Assembly (NCBI GenBank): GCA_965218095.1
Contig: OZ244587.1
Coordinates: 1,376,001 to 1,440,000, forward strand
Length of the DNA stretch: 64,000 bases
Direction of reading: 5' to 3'
Origin: Candidatus Poribacteria bacterium
Lineage (GTDB): Bacteria > Poribacteria > WGA-4E > PCPOR2b
The notes under the pieces are model-generated. The model saw only the letters and a list, made by a program, of their open reading frames with translations. It ran no database searches and was not told the DNA's origin. Both the position numbers and the translations under genes were made by a program. Every line of letters begins with the position of its first letter. Positions within the stretch are counted from its first letter, which is position 1. This document shows, one piece after another, positions 61,823-64,000 of this stretch.

Positions 61823-62194
61823 CTACCTGGGGCGCTTTGCTCCATATTTTGATCTGCCCTGTCTTCGATTTTCAACACCTGCTGTGTCCAATGTGCCCCG
61901 GACAATGTGATATCTGACATTGGGTAAATCTTTGACTCTTCCACCACGCACAAGCACAACAGAGTGCTCTTGAAGATTATGATCTATGCCGGGGATATAG
62001 CAAGTTGCTTCCTGACCATTCGTAAAACGGACACGAGCTACCTTCCGGAGGGCTGAATTCGGCTTCGTGGGTGTTACGGTCCTGACCTGTAAACAGATGC
62101 CTCGCCGTTGGGGACAATTTTCCAAAACGGGAGATTTACTTTTCTTACGTGGCCTTTTACGAGACTTTCTGACTAATTGACTAATTGTTGGCAT
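61823..62194 (-). CDS. rpsL: 30S ribosomal protein S12 (K43T and G92N relative to consensus)
   Basis: [23 protein letters not shown]. Confidence 0.98.
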   Translation of the reverse strand: MPTISQLVRKSRKRPRKKSKSPVLENCPQRRGICLQVRTVTPTKPNSALRKVARVRFTNGQEATCYIPGIDHNLQEHSVVLVRGGRVKDLPNVRYHIVRGTLDTAGVENRRQGRSKYGAKRPR

Positions 62195-62238
62195 ATTTAC
62201 CTCGAATAACTAATTGTTGGCATATTTACCTCGAATAA
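62181..62238. repeat. Exact 29-bp tandem duplication of the rpsL RBS and start
   Basis: CTAATTGTTGGCATATTTACCTCGAATAA x2. Confidence 0.95.
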
Positions 62239-62398
62239 CTGTGTGCAGACAAAAATAAAGCCCCATAGGGGCTCACAAAGTCGGACTCAATAATGGAGTA
62301 AAAACTTTGAAAAAACACACCAAAGTGCTTCGGGACTGAAAATCCCCCCCCTTCTGCCTAATTCAAGGCATATATCTAACGGCACTGTCGAAGGGTGA

Positions 62399-62427
62399 AT
62401 TATACCAAAACTATGATTGGATGTCAA
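62399..62427 (-). promoter_or_regulatory. str operon promoter
   Basis: Perfect TTGACA-17-TATAAT on the minus strand. Confidence 0.88.
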
Positions 62428-62527
62428 GTGATTTTCTATATTTTTTGGTTTACACCATAAGGATTTTGAAGTTTTTTATAAGGCAAGCCGCTTTTTGATA
62501 ATGGCGTTTGATTTTCAAGTACAAACC

Positions 62528-62962
62528 TCAGGACTTTGATTCGAAGTAAACCGGATCCGGTTCGACCCACTCTTCTTCGCCATCTACCCAGACTTCGCGT
62601 TTCCAGATTGGCACGATTTGCTTGAGCCGGTTCATCGCGTAATGGCACGCCTCAAAAGCATCCTTACGATGCGGAGAAGCGACCGCAACGGCAACGCTAA
62701 CCTCACCAATTTCCAGCCGTCCCACACGATGAATCACGGCGACACGGTCTAGTCCCCACTTTTTGTAAATCTCCTGAGCAATTTCTGCCAGCTTCTTTTC
62801 GGCCATTGGTAGATAGGCTTCGTATTCGAGATAGGAGACCTCCCGACCTTCCGTGTTGTTGCGCACAGTGCCTAAAAAATGGACAATCGCCCCCGCATCA
62901 TCTGTTTCGACAGCGCGAATCACATCTTCCACTTTGATAACTTTCCTGGTAATCTTAAACAT
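62528..62962 (-). CDS. moaE: Molybdopterin synthase catalytic subunit
   Basis: GAIV.F.GTVR, LEYEAY, HRVG.L, PIWKRE. Confidence 0.95.
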   Translation of the reverse strand: MFKITRKVIKVEDVIRAVETDDAGAIVHFLGTVRNNTEGREVSYLEYEAYLPMAEKKLAEIAQEIYKKWGLDRVAVIHRVGRLEIGEVSVAVAVASPHRKDAFEACHYAMNRLKQIVPIWKREVWVDGEEEWVEPDPVYFESKS

Positions 62963-63209
62963 CTTGACCTCCCGTCACCGGTGGAATCAAGGCGACCTCA
63001 TCGCCCTCCGAAAGCTGGGTATCTGGTGTGGCATACTCCCAATTCACAGACATTTGCATGACATCGTAGTATTCTGCAATTTCGGGCCACTCCGCCTCAA
63101 GGCGTTCCAAAATATTCCCCAAGGTTGCCTCATCCGGAAGTTCCATATCTTCTTCGTCTCTACCTAACTCTTCATGTAATACTGCGAAATATTTGACTTT
63201 AACTTTCAT
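62955..63209 (-). CDS. moaD: Molybdopterin synthase sulfur carrier with a 3-residue tail after GG
   Basis: MKVKVKYFA..GDEVALIPPVTGG-QDV; AGGAG RBS before ATG 63209. Confidence 0.93.
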   Translation of the reverse strand: MKVKVKYFAVLHEELGRDEEDMELPDEATLGNILERLEAEWPEIAEYYDVMQMSVNWEYATPDTQLSEGDEVALIPPVTGGQDV

Positions 63210-63361
63210 TATTTCTCCTACGGAAAAGGATTTCAGAATAGAGGTGGAAAAATCGTTGATATTATACCTCAATGCAGATCTGAAAACAAAACAAAACCTC
63301 TTTTCATCCCAAATTGATTGTGCTATACTGTTGAACATTATCGGGCAAGGAGGCAAACAAG

Positions 63362-64000
63362 ATGGAAAAGCGACAGTTAGGAAAAAACGGTGATTTCGTT
63401 TCCGTGATTGGTTTCGGGGCATGGCCCATTGGTGGGGCAATGGGGGCTGTCGATGAGGGATCTGCAATTTCGACGGTGCATGCGGCGCTTGACTACGGCA
63501 TCACGCTCATTGACACCGCACAAGCGTACCGCACTTCGGAGACAATCCTCGGCAAAGCGTTGAAGGGAGGTCGCCGGGAGCGAGTTTTTCTCGCCACAAA
63601 GGTCAGCGGGGAATACTCACGGACAGCCATCCGCAGTGCGATGGAGAATAGCCTGCGTGATTTACAAACAGACCATGTAGACCTCTATCAAATCCACGGA
63701 TGGAATCCGCAGTACTCCATCAACGAGAGCATGGAAACGATGGAAAGATTGCGTCAGGAAGGGAAAACACGCTGCATCGGCGTCTCGAACTTTAACGTCG
63801 ATCAGATGAAACTCGCCGCGCAAACTGCTTCTTTTCACTCGCTTCAACCGCGTTATAATCTGCTGGACCGCGAGATTGAGGTGGATATACTCCCCCACTG
63901 CGAAGCGGAAGGCATCGGCATCCTCCCGCATAGTCCGTTAGCCAAAGGATTACTTACCGGCAAATACACGCCAGACTACCAATTTCCGGCAGATGATGAA
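63362..64000 (+). CDS. Aldo/keto reductase, runs off the window edge
   Basis: Not in the ORF track. MEKRQLGK..IGFGAW..IDTAQAY..LATK..DLYQIH..IGVSNF..SPLAKGLLTGKY. Confidence 0.93.
   Translation, partial: MEKRQLGKNGDFVSVIGFGAWPIGGAMGAVDEGSAISTVHAALDYGITLIDTAQAYRTSETILGKALKGGRRERVFLATKVSGEYSRTAIRSAMENSLRDLQTDHVDLYQIHGWNPQYSINESMETMERLRQEGKTRCIGVSNFNVDQMKLAAQTASFHSLQPRYNLLDREIEVDILPHCEAEGIGILPHSPLAKGLLTGKYTPDYQFPADDE

Noticed and set aside
43352-62194. Plus-strand ORFs across the ribosomal superoperon
   Set aside because: They are antisense shadows of conserved genes.
62955-63467. 170-aa extended MoaD
   Set aside because: The extension overlaps the divergent aldo-keto reductase and the intergenic region; the RBS supports ATG 63209.
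1-64000. tRNA, rRNA, CRISPR arrays or riboswitches
   Set aside because: None was recognised by eye; a tRNAscan-SE/Infernal scan would be needed to exclude weak hits.

Overview
Bacterial chromosome window. A tentative guess is a Candidatus Poribacteria-like lineage, inferred only from PhyH remnants, an aldo-keto reductase, sulfotransferases and the intergenic repeat style. Layout: (1) 1-5.7 kb: a molybdo-flavoprotein FAD subunit, then a 2.7-kb transposase-free element (559-3272). The element has 22-bp terminal inverted repeats of IS1595/ISNwi1 type and an exact 8-bp target duplication. It carries a co-oriented array of small passenger ORFs joined by a repeated stop-RBS-start linker, and a second solo left end lies at 3568. 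(2) 5.7-16.4 kb: a surface-polysaccharide cluster (epimerase, DegT, AsnB, FemAB/GNAT, sulfotransferase, GT4, flippase) interrupted by decayed toxin-antitoxin-like genes. (3) 16.4-20.5 kb: nested mobile debris (gmd and methyltransferase fragments, a group II intron 3' end, an intact DDE IS inside the intron ORF, a degraded IS3). (4) 20.7-31.2 kb: rpsB-tsf-frr-cdsA-dxr-rseP-pgi/pmi-udg-priA, without pyrH or uppS. (5) 31.3-43.3 kb: accessory genes, MITEs, pseudogenes and an IS3. (6) 43.3-62.2 kb: the str-S10-spc-alpha ribosomal superoperon, without rpmD, adk, map or infA; its S12 carries K43T and G92N and has a duplicated start region. (7) moaD-moaE and an aldo-keto reductase. No rRNA, tRNA or CRISPR array was seen. 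All family calls come from motif recognition by eye; no database search was run.
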